This document shows, piece after piece, positions 1-9,076 of a DNA stretch of 48,801 nt. The notes under the pieces are model-generated. The model saw nothing but the letters and a program-made list of their open reading frames with translations. It ran no database searches and was not told the origin of the DNA. The stretch is from Desulfurococcaceae archaeon (GTDB lineage: Archaea; Thermoproteota; Thermoprotei_A; Sulfolobales; Desulfurococcaceae). Location of the stretch: positions 1 to 48,801 of the forward strand of contig JAWAJB010000006.1 in the NCBI GenBank assembly GCA_038888155.1, in the 5' to 3' direction. A program made the position numbers and the translations under genes. Position 1 is the first letter of the stretch, and every line of letters begins with the position of its first letter.

Positions 1-1
1 A

Positions 2-892
2 CGTATTCACGAATTTATTGCTAAGTTGAAGAAGGATGAATCCTTGGAAGTGCAAGAGAAGCGATTAGTTTCGAGACTCTCAAACATTGTTTTCTCTATT
101 TACGTTGAGTTTGCGATTCAAAGCGATGTGGTTAGTAAGAGAATTCCGCAGAGGCTAACGTGGTCTCTTGCGGAGCCTGCTGATGGTGAGGGGAGAACCC
201 TTTACCTAGGTTTCGATGTTTCTAGGGGTCCGCGAAGTAGGGGCGAGGTGGCAGCTATGTTCGTACTCTACGATTCGTACGGAAACATGGTAAACACCAT
301 CGTTAAGCAGCATCCTGGCGAGAAGCTGTCTAGAGAATTTATCGAGGACGCATTACTCTCGCTTTTAGCCCATCGAGCTAAGCCCGAGCACGTGAACAGG
401 TTGGTAGTACTTAAAGATGGTACGATTAGAGGCGTCGATGAAGCCAGAAGTATTTCAGATGCTCTACAGTCTCTCGGCAAAAGAGTTGGCCTCAGAGAGT
501 ACGACGTCGTCGGGGTAGTGAAGAGACCTAACCTTAGGTTATTCAACGTCGCCGAGAGCACTAAGCGAGGACCACTAGACGTTAAGAACCCCAAGAGGGG
601 TGTGTGGGTGAAGCTGTGGAGTATCTCTAGACACGGCGTTAAGGCTGAGAGAGCTCTCGTAGTGTCCTCTGAGGCTAAAGCGGGTGGAACCGTCGTACCT
701 GTCGTCGTCGAGCACTACGATATCTCGAATCCCGGTAGAAGCATTGAGGATATCGTAATGGAGTACATAAGGCTTTGTAGGCTCAACTTCTGGAATCCAT
801 TAGACGGCTTAAGCAAGTACCCGCTACCAGTACTCATGGCGGATAAGATAGCGTACCTATCAGCGTTAGGGGTAAGCATAAGAACTCCTTAG
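2..892 (+). CDS. ago: Prokaryotic Argonaute, 5'-truncated by the window edge (end of MID plus complete PIWI domain)
   Basis: Frame is open from position 2 (RIHEFIAKLKK...), so the TTG at 26 is not the true start. RNase H-like PIWI motifs: YLGFDVS (D), PGEKL (glutamate finger), VVLKDG (D), VVKR, NPKRG, GTVVP, YIRLCRLNFWN, YPLPVLMADKIA (D). Confidence 0.9.
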   Translation, partial: RIHEFIAKLKKDESLEVQEKRLVSRLSNIVFSIYVEFAIQSDVVSKRIPQRLTWSLAEPADGEGRTLYLGFDVSRGPRSRGEVAAMFVLYDSYGNMVNTIVKQHPGEKLSREFIEDALLSLLAHRAKPEHVNRLVVLKDGTIRGVDEARSISDALQSLGKRVGLREYDVVGVVKRPNLRLFNVAESTKRGPLDVKNPKRGVWVKLWSISRHGVKAERALVVSSEAKAGGTVVPVVVEHYDISNPGRSIEDIVMEYIRLCRLNFWNPLDGLSKYPLPVLMADKIAYLSALGVSIRTP

Positions 893-928
893 GGCACCAA
901 AAGAAGGTCCGAGATCTTGAACTCTGAC

Positions 929-1009
929 GTTTCAGTTTTCAAAGAGGAATATCATCATCTGCCTTCAGCTATGCACTAATGTTTCAGTTTTATGTAGTTT
1001 GCTGAAACA
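929..1009. repeat. GTTTCAG repeats next to the tRNA fragment
   Basis: GTTTCAGTTTT direct repeat at 929-939 and 981-991; perfect 8-bp inverted repeat TGTTTCAG (980-987) / CTGAAACA (1002-1009). Confidence 0.5.
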
Positions 1010-1029
1010 GATCTACGGATGCCCCAGGA

Positions 1030-1071
1030 CTCCGGAGCCGGAGGACCCGGGTTCAAGTCCCGGCAGGCCCG
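1030..1071 (+). mobile_element. 3' fragment of tRNA-Arg(CCG); probable attachment site of an integrated element
   Basis: CTCCGGA anticodon loop, GCCGG, AGGAC variable loop, CCGGG-TTCAAGT-CCCGG T arm, CAGGCCC-G acceptor strand. No 5' acceptor strand or D arm upstream. Confidence 0.8.
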
Positions 1072-1225
1072 TTGACTTCAAACCATGTAGAATATGCGAG
1101 TTCTTCTCTTTTATTCTGGCTCAATGGTGATCAGAGTGTGAGTACGCGCAATGCTTTTCCCTTGCCTCTATTCGTGACACTAGGTTTATAAGGTGATTAT
1201 GGTTACTAGTTAATTGGTGACGTAG

Positions 1226-1453
1226 TTGAGTAAGTATGTAACTATATCTGTTCCTAGAGAGGTGAGGGAGCTCTTATCTAAGAAGAAGGGTAGTAAAGAT
1301 TGGGGGCAGTTCCTGCTTGAACTCTACATGAGAGCTGAAAATGCGAGAATGAAGGAGAGCTTCAATAAGCTTAAGGAATTACTAAGTGATGATGAGCTAG
1401 ACGAAATAATGAGGACTAGCGAGGAGTTTAGAGAGAGGTTTAGGTTACGATGA
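1226..1453 (+). CDS. vapB: VapB-type antitoxin
   Basis: 75 aa, N-terminal YVTISVPREV strand-helix, acidic C-terminal tail, ATGA overlap with the PIN gene, GGTGA RBS. Confidence 0.85.
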   Translation: MSKYVTISVPREVRELLSKKKGSKDWGQFLLELYMRAENARMKESFNKLKELLSDDELDEIMRTSEEFRERFRLR

Positions 1454-1806
1454 AACTCTTGGACACGAGCGTGTTAATAGAGAACTTGAGAAAAGGAATT
1501 TTCGAGCCCGGAGCGATCTCCGTTATCACCTTGATCGAGGTACTCAGAGGCATTAACCAGAGCAAGAGAAGCGAAGTTAAGAAATTACTCGAAGAAAGTT
1601 TCGAGGTTCTCCCGATCAGCAACCAAGTAATACTCAAATATTGTGAAATATACGACTACCTAAGGCAGAGAGGCAGAATAATATCCGATGCAGACCTGTT
1701 AATAGCAGCTACAGCATTAGTCAACAACTCCTCACTTGTAACAAAAGATTTTAGTTTTGAACGAATAGCAGATGTTGGATTAAAACTCGAACTGAGAGAA
1801 GACTAA
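1450..1806 (+). CDS. vapC: VapC PIN-domain ribonuclease toxin
   Basis: LLDTSVLI, TLIEVL, DADLLIAATA and TKDFSF carry the PIN acidic residues. Confidence 0.92.
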   Translation: MKLLDTSVLIENLRKGIFEPGAISVITLIEVLRGINQSKRSEVKKLLEESFEVLPISNQVILKYCEIYDYLRQRGRIISDADLLIAATALVNNSSLVTKDFSFERIADVGLKLELRED

Positions 1807-2473
1807 GTACTTGCAGGTAGGATCTCTCGACGCGATGCCGATGTAAACCGTGATCTGTTTCTAGCTCCTCCATTGAGCATTTAAATAAATACTATTACTG
1901 CTCGGTTCCAAAGGGGCATTCATGGCCGCAGAACTCATTACATCATTATATCGTGAAAACACAATCGAATAACGTCCTTGAATGATATAACACCGGTACT
2001 CACTTTACATACACTACAATGAACAACAAGATCTTGCACAATAGCTTTCTATACAATAATTAGCAAGTCGCGTTCTTATACAGTAGCGGGTCAAACATCT
2101 GAGATGTTTGGAACAAAGGGGCTACTGAAGTAGCTACTCCTGCACTGATGTTGATAGCGATGGAATACGCAATAATCTACATGCTATCACATGCCCAGGT
2201 AACATTGATAGGTATCTCCCCGAGCCCTGACCGACTCTTACATCCGAAGCATTCAGTCCTCAAGCCTCCCGAGAACCCCGGACCATGAATAAAGTCTATG
2301 CCGCTCCTGACTCTGTCACGAGTAATAGGACCAATGGGTAAGTGTTAAATGTAAGTTATAAGAGTTCGTATGTCAGCTTTGTAACCTTCATGGGTTGGAT
2401 CTCGCTCTTAAAAATAATATTGGTAGGCAAGAAATATAGGTATAAGATTGTTTCAAATCTAGACCCAGTAATG

Positions 2474-4114
2474 CTATGTGCTAAGAGCTAATCGAGTGGC
2501 TTCATATGCGTTTACCAATCCGTAACCATACAGTTCATCGTAATCTACTTTCCCCAAATCCGTAGAGGTTTGTTTTATTAATTCAAAGACCTGGCTAGGC
2601 GTTAGTTTTAGCTTCTCAGCTGATACTCTTAATGCTTGAATTAAAGCGACTACGCCGCTGACGTGTGGGCAAGCCATGCTTGTTCCAGTCTTATATCCTA
2701 GTGTACCACCCGGTACTGTAGAATAAATGCCAACCCCAGGCGCAACGACATCTGGATTTCTGTTGCTCCAAGTTGGTACCTGGTAGCTTGAATCAATAGC
2801 TCCAACAGCTATTACCTCTGAATATGCAGCTGGATATAGAGGTGTTGATCCACCTGTATTTCCAGCTGCAGCCACTAAAACAGCTCCATTATTGTACGCA
2901 AATTTTACTGCGTCTTCTAGGAGTTTGCTGTATCCTCCTCCTAGAGACATGCTGATGACATCTGCATCGTCATCTGTCCCTGCAATATCGTCAGGTCCTT
3001 TAGATGCCTCGATTATGCCTTTAGCAAGATCGCTTGCATATCCAGATCCGCTGTCACTAATCACTTTGACTGCATACAGTTGCGTGAGAGGCGATACTCC
3101 AACTATACTGGCGTTGTTCATACTTGCCCTTATTATGCCCGCTACATGTGTTCCATGGCTATGTCCATCCATACACATTGATAAATCGTATCCTTCATAC
3201 ACTATAGTGCTCAAATTCAGGTATACAGCGCACCAAACTACCGCGCCTTGTAGTTCAGGGTGGGTGTAATCTATGCCTGTGTCGAGTACGGCTACCTGTA
3301 TTCCGTGCCCCAGTGCACCTAAACCATTTGTACTATTGTATGTGTGCCATACGTCTGGCGCTTTAACGTACCTAATATTCCAGCCAACTCCATCTGTGTA
3401 TGGCGGGAGCGGTGTTGGCTCAGGTACCTCTGGTGGTGGAGTTGGGGGCGGTGGCGAAGGAGGCGGCGTAGGTTGGCTTGGCGTGTATACGGAGATGGCA
3501 ATGTACTCTAGATCATAAGTAGTTCCAGTGGATACGTTCTTCAGCGCTAATTTATACGTATAGTTTCCAGCTGATGTTGGGGCTGTGAAAGGTAGTGAAC
3601 CGGACGCGCTCCCTCTTGCCGGGATGGAGTGTGTCTTGGACGCTATTATGTTGTTGTTGTGATCAAATAATTCAACAGCTACATTGACGCTTGATTTGGC
3701 GTTGTTTTTGATTGTGTAGTTCACAGCTGTGTTCTCTCCTTCGTTAACTGAGAGATTTGCCGTATAGCTTGAGAAGAACACTTTCTCGAGTGGAGTGCTC
3801 CTACCCATAGTGTATACATCGTATATTTGGACTAGCACGTCCTCTTCAAGGTATTTGATAAATGATAGTTTATACACCGCATTAATCAACTGCGCTGGAA
3901 TTTCTATAGTAACGGCGTTAATCTCAGGTATCGTATTTATAACTTTACCGTATGCTCCTAGTTTTTCAATTGCTTGGACAAAGTTATATCCTGGTCTCAC
4001 TCCAACTACTACTCTCAAAGAATCTACGCCTGAGTTTGGCAGACTGAGTTGGCCCCGTGCCGGTGCGATCAACAGTAGCGCTACAAGTATGCCAGCTACG
4101 ATCATTGATTTCAT
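2474..4114 (-). CDS. Secreted subtilisin-like serine protease (S8) with I9 propeptide and inserted Ig-like/Pro-rich segment
   Basis: Triad motifs VLDTG, HGTHVAG, GTSMACPH and oxyanion AAAGN. Signal peptide MKSMIVAGILVALLLIAPARG. Start set at 4114 behind a GGTGA RBS. Confidence 0.93.
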   Translation of the reverse strand: MKSMIVAGILVALLLIAPARGQLSLPNSGVDSLRVVVGVRPGYNFVQAIEKLGAYGKVINTIPEINAVTIEIPAQLINAVYKLSFIKYLEEDVLVQIYDVYTMGRSTPLEKVFFSSYTANLSVNEGENTAVNYTIKNNAKSSVNVAVELFDHNNNIIASKTHSIPARGSASGSLPFTAPTSAGNYTYKLALKNVSTGTTYDLEYIAISVYTPSQPTPPPSPPPPTPPPEVPEPTPLPPYTDGVGWNIRYVKAPDVWHTYNSTNGLGALGHGIQVAVLDTGIDYTHPELQGAVVWCAVYLNLSTIVYEGYDLSMCMDGHSHGTHVAGIIRASMNNASIVGVSPLTQLYAVKVISDSGSGYASDLAKGIIEASKGPDDIAGTDDDADVISMSLGGGYSKLLEDAVKFAYNNGAVLVAAAGNTGGSTPLYPAAYSEVIAVGAIDSSYQVPTWSNRNPDVVAPGVGIYSTVPGGTLGYKTGTSMACPHVSGVVALIQALRVSAEKLKLTPSQVFELIKQTSTDLGKVDYDELYGYGLVNAYEATRLALST

Positions 4115-4385
4115 TTCCTTCACCATCGGTGAATTGTCCAAAGAACAATTTAAAAGAGGCTGTATCACAACTGCGTAGATATCAATCTAGGTCTTGCCAA
4201 AATTAGATTAAATGAAGGGCGATATCCAGTTACAAGGGTCCCTTGATAGCTTTATGTGGAATCATGAGATTGAAACTGAACGTTATGAAAGGGTTATATT
4301 TGTGGTTATTAAAAAGCAGACCATAAGCAATGCAACAATCTTGGTCTGCTTAAAGAAAAATGAAGTGTAGACCTGTTCATTAATG

Positions 4386-5963
4386 TTAACAATTAACCCT
4401 GTATACGTAAAATACATTATTGTTATTTATTGCGTCTAAGACGCCCTTCCAGTATTCTTGCTCGCATCTACTTCCACTCTGCAAAGCGGTTTTAGCATTG
4501 TCGACAATGCTGTTGATTGAGATATATGAACTATTGTAGTGTATTATAGTGTCCCCGCTAATGAATCCATATTTCAGGTTTAATAACGTAGCAATTAGCT
4601 GTTGCATTAATATCATGCTCATATTTCCATAAACAGGGCTGACTAGGAAGTCCGCTAATTCCTTTGCACTAATGAAGTTTGTGCCCAGCTCGCTATTTAC
4701 GTAGTGTAGGTCCTCCGAAGTTATTCGAGTTTGCCATTGACCAGTTCTTTTATTGTATTGAGACCAAGACCAGTAGCCCTTGCTCTTTGCCCCTGTGAGC
4801 ATCTTTAAGCAAACGAAGCCAAAGTCGTTCTTGTCATATGTCTTAGCTTCTTCAACATTAATTTCGTAGTTCATTGGAGTCGTGCTTATGACTTTATCGC
4901 AAAATTCACATACGGGCTTAGAAGCTACTACTTTATATTGGTAGCCCAGTTCGATGTTGTAAAAGTAATAGTAGCCATCACTACCTGAATATGCTGTGCC
5001 CTCATAAATCCAGCCCCCTTCCTCGTCATATTTGTATAGTTCAATAGGAACTCCCATTATCGGCTTATCAGCGCCTTGGTTAAATTCGCCATTATAGTTG
5101 TTATCCCAGAACACTATTCCGGATATTGTGGCGAACTCCATAATTTTAATTACTTGGCTCACGATTACAGTCCAGCTGGCGCTCTGGCCCGTCTCATAAA
5201 TAGTCGCGGTATTAACGTGCTCGTAAGATCCCCCCATTTTAGGGTCGTACTCAAATGTTAAATCATAGATCCACCTACCGCTTTCGCACGTATACCAAGT
5301 GTAGCCATTGGTGTCTACCACAGTTATGCAGTTATATCCACTAACTTGGTAGGTTATTGTGTGAATGGTCGTAGACGGAGTAGGGCCATAAGGTACCCCG
5401 AGGTGCCCTGAATGATTTAATATAGTTACGTTGGCTGTAATCTTGAATTCGTCATAACTCTCGAAGCCATTAAGAGGTACTATGAAACCATAGCAGTATT
5501 CTTGGCCGGGGTGTAAGACTGGGTGGCTAGATACATCGACGGGATAGTCATTGATGATCTGATTGCTCCACGGTGGTTCTGCGTAAATGTCCAACATGAT
5601 TGTCAAACCTTGAGTAGATCTGTCTCCCCCGTTCTCAACGCATACGTATCCTTCTATGTAGTAGGAGTAAGTTGTTGTCTTAGCAACTTTTACTGTATAC
5701 TCAACCGTGGCCTCTGGATTTTCTTCGCTTAGGTATACTTCTGTAGCATTTGCTGTTTTGCCTATTTCCCAATTATGTATAGTGAGATGTATCGTTGATG
5801 CAGTTACATAAGCCGATAAAGTAGTACCGGCCTTTCCTCCTGTTTGTACTTGAAGATCAAATAGCTCTTGAGTAGAGGCTAGTGAAATTATATTTATAGG
5901 TAGTATCATTGATATCGCGATTAATAACAAAGGTATTGTTGATAGAAATTTTTTACTATACAT
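4386..5963 (-). CDS. Secreted/cell-surface protein with one SdrD B-like domain
   Basis: Signal peptide, beta-rich Thr/Tyr/Asn composition, ISGIVFWDNNYNGEF...GVPIELY...DGYYYF...FGF module. Confidence 0.75.
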   Translation of the reverse strand: MYSKKFLSTIPLLLIAISMILPINIISLASTQELFDLQVQTGGKAGTTLSAYVTASTIHLTIHNWEIGKTANATEVYLSEENPEATVEYTVKVAKTTTYSYYIEGYVCVENGGDRSTQGLTIMLDIYAEPPWSNQIINDYPVDVSSHPVLHPGQEYCYGFIVPLNGFESYDEFKITANVTILNHSGHLGVPYGPTPSTTIHTITYQVSGYNCITVVDTNGYTWYTCESGRWIYDLTFEYDPKMGGSYEHVNTATIYETGQSASWTVIVSQVIKIMEFATISGIVFWDNNYNGEFNQGADKPIMGVPIELYKYDEEGGWIYEGTAYSGSDGYYYFYNIELGYQYKVVASKPVCEFCDKVISTTPMNYEINVEEAKTYDKNDFGFVCLKMLTGAKSKGYWSWSQYNKRTGQWQTRITSEDLHYVNSELGTNFISAKELADFLVSPVYGNMSMILMQQLIATLLNLKYGFISGDTIIHYNSSYISINSIVDNAKTALQSGSRCEQEYWKGVLDAINNNNVFYVYRVNC

Positions 5964-6195
5964 TTAATACACCATATGTCATAGGTTATGTGACAAAATC
6001 CTTATAAATCTTGTATTCAATTATGGTATTGACACTTTTACCTCTTATTTTAATTAGTTGAATTATCGATTAAGGGGAGTAAATAGTCTCAATTCTAGGG
6101 ATGACTTGCATACAACTGGGTATATCCCTAAATTTTTTGATGAAAAAGTTACAACGGAGAAAAGAGGGGCTTTGTTTCGGACAAGGCACCTTGAC

Positions 6196-7659
6196 TTACT
6201 CTGCAAGATCTTTAAGCTCTAGTGGTGGAGAGGCTTTCTGAGTGAGCATAGATGTAGCTATGAACACCACTACACCTATTGGAAGTATAATGGGCCCTGG
6301 CATGTAAAACGCTGCCCACACGTCTTGTGTAATGTTGTAGAAGTACATACCCAATGCTATCCAGGACGCGACGTTGAACACAACCTGTGCGAGAGCACCG
6401 AACCTGTTTGCCTTTCGCCAGTAAACGCCTAAAACGAAAGGTATTGTCTGAACAAATAGCATCATGTACCACGCCATTTGCGTCAAGAAGTAAAGGCTCG
6501 GCAAGTAGAGGGCTATCCAGAGAGCGCACAGTGTAGAAATTACAACTAATATTCTAGTAACTAAAATAGCTTTTTCCTCGCGAATTTTCTTTATGTAGGG
6601 CAGAATGTTTCTGATGAACATAGCTGGCGGAATTAGGGCTGCTGAGTCTGCAGAGCTCATGATTGTTGCTAGAAGTCCCACTATGAATAGAGCGAATACC
6701 CACGCGGGAGCAGTCTGCAGTACGACAAACGGCATAGCAAATGCTGGATCTTCCAAATTCGGGTTTATTGCTCTTGCAATTAGGCCAAACAGGGCGCCAC
6801 CGCTTAGCCCTATTACCCAGTAACTCACGCCTGCAGCAATGGATGCCCTAGACGCCGTTTTCTCGTCCCTTGCAGAGAGGGCCCTCTGAACTAAGTCCTG
6901 GCAAGCAATAGAGCCGAGCGGCTGGTTTATCCACGATGCCGCGTAGTAGAGCAATCCAAAGAGCCCAGTGTATCCTAAGTACTCATAGTTTTGACCAGGA
7001 AATATTGAAAACGCGTCCGCAGCAACTTTCTGAGAGAGACCCCAGAATCCACCTATAGAGCTAAGAGCGAAGTGTAGAGCCAGCCACATGGCCACCCAAA
7101 AAACGAAAACTCTCACGTAATCCAATACGGCAACTGCAAACATACCGCCGAGAACTGTATATGCTATCGTCACAATAGTGGCGATATATATCCCCTCTTC
7201 GGAAGAGAACCCAAGGACTTGAAAAACAACGCTGTACGCCAGAAGCAACCCCCCAAGCCAACCAATGTAACCCAGTATTTGAACTATCGCTGAGAGAATT
7301 TCCATTTCAGGCCCGTACCTAGCTCTGAAGAAATCGCTAATTGTAATAAACTTCAACCTGCGTAGCGTGTGCGCGAAGAATAGACCAAAAAGTATTACAG
7401 CAAGAGCTGAGGCTATAGGATCCATAATGACACCTCTCAAGCCAAATAGGTACGTCATCTGTGCGCCGCCTAGCGCTGTCCCAGAGCAGAACCATGTAGC
7501 TAGTATAGTACCGTACGTAAGCAAAAAACCTAAGCTTCTGCCAGCAACTAAGAAGTCGCTTAACCTCTTGATCCTGCCATAGTACTTAAGCCCCACGAGC
7601 AAGGTTACAGCTATGTATATACTGAACCCAACCCAAGCGTATAAGACATTTTCTTCCAT
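6196..7659 (-). CDS. Sodium:solute symporter (SSS) family transporter
   Basis: About 13 TM segments; DFLVAGRSLG, TISDFFRARYG, YTVLGG, QRALSARD, ATIMSSADS motifs. Confidence 0.92.
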   Translation of the reverse strand: MEENVLYAWVGFSIYIAVTLLVGLKYYGRIKRLSDFLVAGRSLGFLLTYGTILATWFCSGTALGGAQMTYLFGLRGVIMDPIASALAVILFGLFFAHTLRRLKFITISDFFRARYGPEMEILSAIVQILGYIGWLGGLLLAYSVVFQVLGFSSEEGIYIATIVTIAYTVLGGMFAVAVLDYVRVFVFWVAMWLALHFALSSIGGFWGLSQKVAADAFSIFPGQNYEYLGYTGLFGLLYYAASWINQPLGSIACQDLVQRALSARDEKTASRASIAAGVSYWVIGLSGGALFGLIARAINPNLEDPAFAMPFVVLQTAPAWVFALFIVGLLATIMSSADSAALIPPAMFIRNILPYIKKIREEKAILVTRILVVISTLCALWIALYLPSLYFLTQMAWYMMLFVQTIPFVLGVYWRKANRFGALAQVVFNVASWIALGMYFYNITQDVWAAFYMPGPIILPIGVVVFIATSMLTQKASPPLELKDLAE

Positions 7660-7753
7660 ATCTACAGCACCTTATTCATGCGCATAAGTACCTTTTATAC
7701 GAGGTTCTTAGCTTAAATACGTTAAAAGTGCTTTCAACTACCTAGGTGAAAAG

Positions 7754-9076
7754 ATGAACGAGATAGGGATCGTGAGACTAAAGGAGGCTTCGCCCGAGAC
7801 TTTGAAGAGAATTATTGAGAGGTCCAGACTTGAAATAGAGAAGATCAGAAGAAACGTAGAAGAGATAATCCTGGATGTGAAAAACAGAGGGGATGAGGCA
7901 ATTGCAGAGTTTTACGCTAAGTTTTACGGGAAGGGAGTAGTAGATGAAACCAGCACTAGAGTGCTTAAAGACGAAGTAGAATTGGCTTGGAGACGTGTTT
8001 CAGAGGAATTTATAGGCGCGATAGAAGTAGCGGCTAAAAACATTAGGAGATTTCACGAAATGCAGAGGCCCAAGGATACCTGGTTCCTAGAAGCCTACAG
8101 TGGAGTGTGGATAGGTCAAGTAGCTAGACCTCTAGAAAGCGTAGGTGTCTACGTACCTGGCGGAAGGGCTTCCTATCCATCAACTGCACTAATGACAGTT
8201 ATACCCGCTCAAGTTGCCGGTGTTGAGAGAATTGTAGCTACAACGCCTCCGAGAGAAAACGGGACTGTTGACCCTCACGTGCTTGTGGCGCTAGACTACT
8301 TGGGTGTTAGTGAAATTTATAGAGTGGGCGGCGCTCACGCTGTGGCGGCTCTCACCTTTGGCACGAAAACTGTTCCGAGAGTTGAGAAAATCGTAGGACC
8401 TGGAGGTATATGGTTTGCGGCAGCCAAGCAGCTAATTAAAAACTTTAGTGATGTGGGCATTGATTTCGTTGCAGGGCCCTCTGAGATCTTAATATTTGCT
8501 GACGGGACATCAGATCCACTTACAGTCGCTTACGATTTAATATCGCAACTAGAGCACGACGTTTCAGCAGCTGGTGTTGTAGTAACTACGGATGAGCTAT
8601 TTGCAGAAAAAGTGAAAAGCGCTATTGAAAGACTAATTCGAATTGTCCCTAGAGCTGACATCGTCGCCGAGGCTCTTAAATCGTATAGTGCTATTATTGT
8701 GGCTGAAACGGTTGAGGAGGCGGTAGAGTTCATTAACAAATACGCCCCAGAACACTTAGAGATACAGGTTGAAGAAAGCTCATTGTTTAAAGTTCTTTCA
8801 AAAATTAAAAATGCTGGGTCTATATTTCTAGGTAAACACTCAGCAGTTTCACTGGGAGATTACATTATAGGGACGAATCACGTCCTCCCAACGGGAGGTT
8901 TAGCCAAGCATAGGGGTGGATTGAGCGTCATAGATTACCTTAAACTAATAGATGTAGTATATGTAGCTGACTCCAGGTCTCTTGGGGCTCTTAAGGATCA
9001 CATAAAGGCGCTAGCGCGAGTAGAAGGGCTGCCTAATCACTATAAAGCAGTAGAGCATAGAGCTACAAAAGCCTGA
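7754..9076 (+). CDS. hisD: Histidinol dehydrogenase
   Basis: GVYVPGGRASYPST, KIVGPG, AGPSEI, SQLEHD, APEHL, LGDY, NHVLPT, GLPNH; Zn and catalytic residues retained. Confidence 0.9.
   Translation: MNEIGIVRLKEASPETLKRIIERSRLEIEKIRRNVEEIILDVKNRGDEAIAEFYAKFYGKGVVDETSTRVLKDEVELAWRRVSEEFIGAIEVAAKNIRRFHEMQRPKDTWFLEAYSGVWIGQVARPLESVGVYVPGGRASYPSTALMTVIPAQVAGVERIVATTPPRENGTVDPHVLVALDYLGVSEIYRVGGAHAVAALTFGTKTVPRVEKIVGPGGIWFAAAKQLIKNFSDVGIDFVAGPSEILIFADGTSDPLTVAYDLISQLEHDVSAAGVVVTTDELFAEKVKSAIERLIRIVPRADIVAEALKSYSAIIVAETVEEAVEFINKYAPEHLEIQVEESSLFKVLSKIKNAGSIFLGKHSAVSLGDYIIGTNHVLPTGGLAKHRGGLSVIDYLKLIDVVYVADSRSLGALKDHIKALARVEGLPNHYKAVEHRATKA

Noticed and set aside
905-960. Minus-strand box C/D sRNA (ATGATGA...CTGA)
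   Set aside because: Only one box pair with a 16-nt spacer; no C'/D set.
1000-1071. Complete tRNA-Arg gene
   Set aside because: No GGGCCTG acceptor strand or D arm upstream; the 5' anticodon stem (CAGGA) does not fully pair with GCCGG.
7754-9076. HpsN-based sulfonate pathway (hisD-like gene plus TauE)
   Set aside because: Active-site motifs are canonical HisD, tauE is about 15 kb away and broken, and no sulfo-lyase is present.
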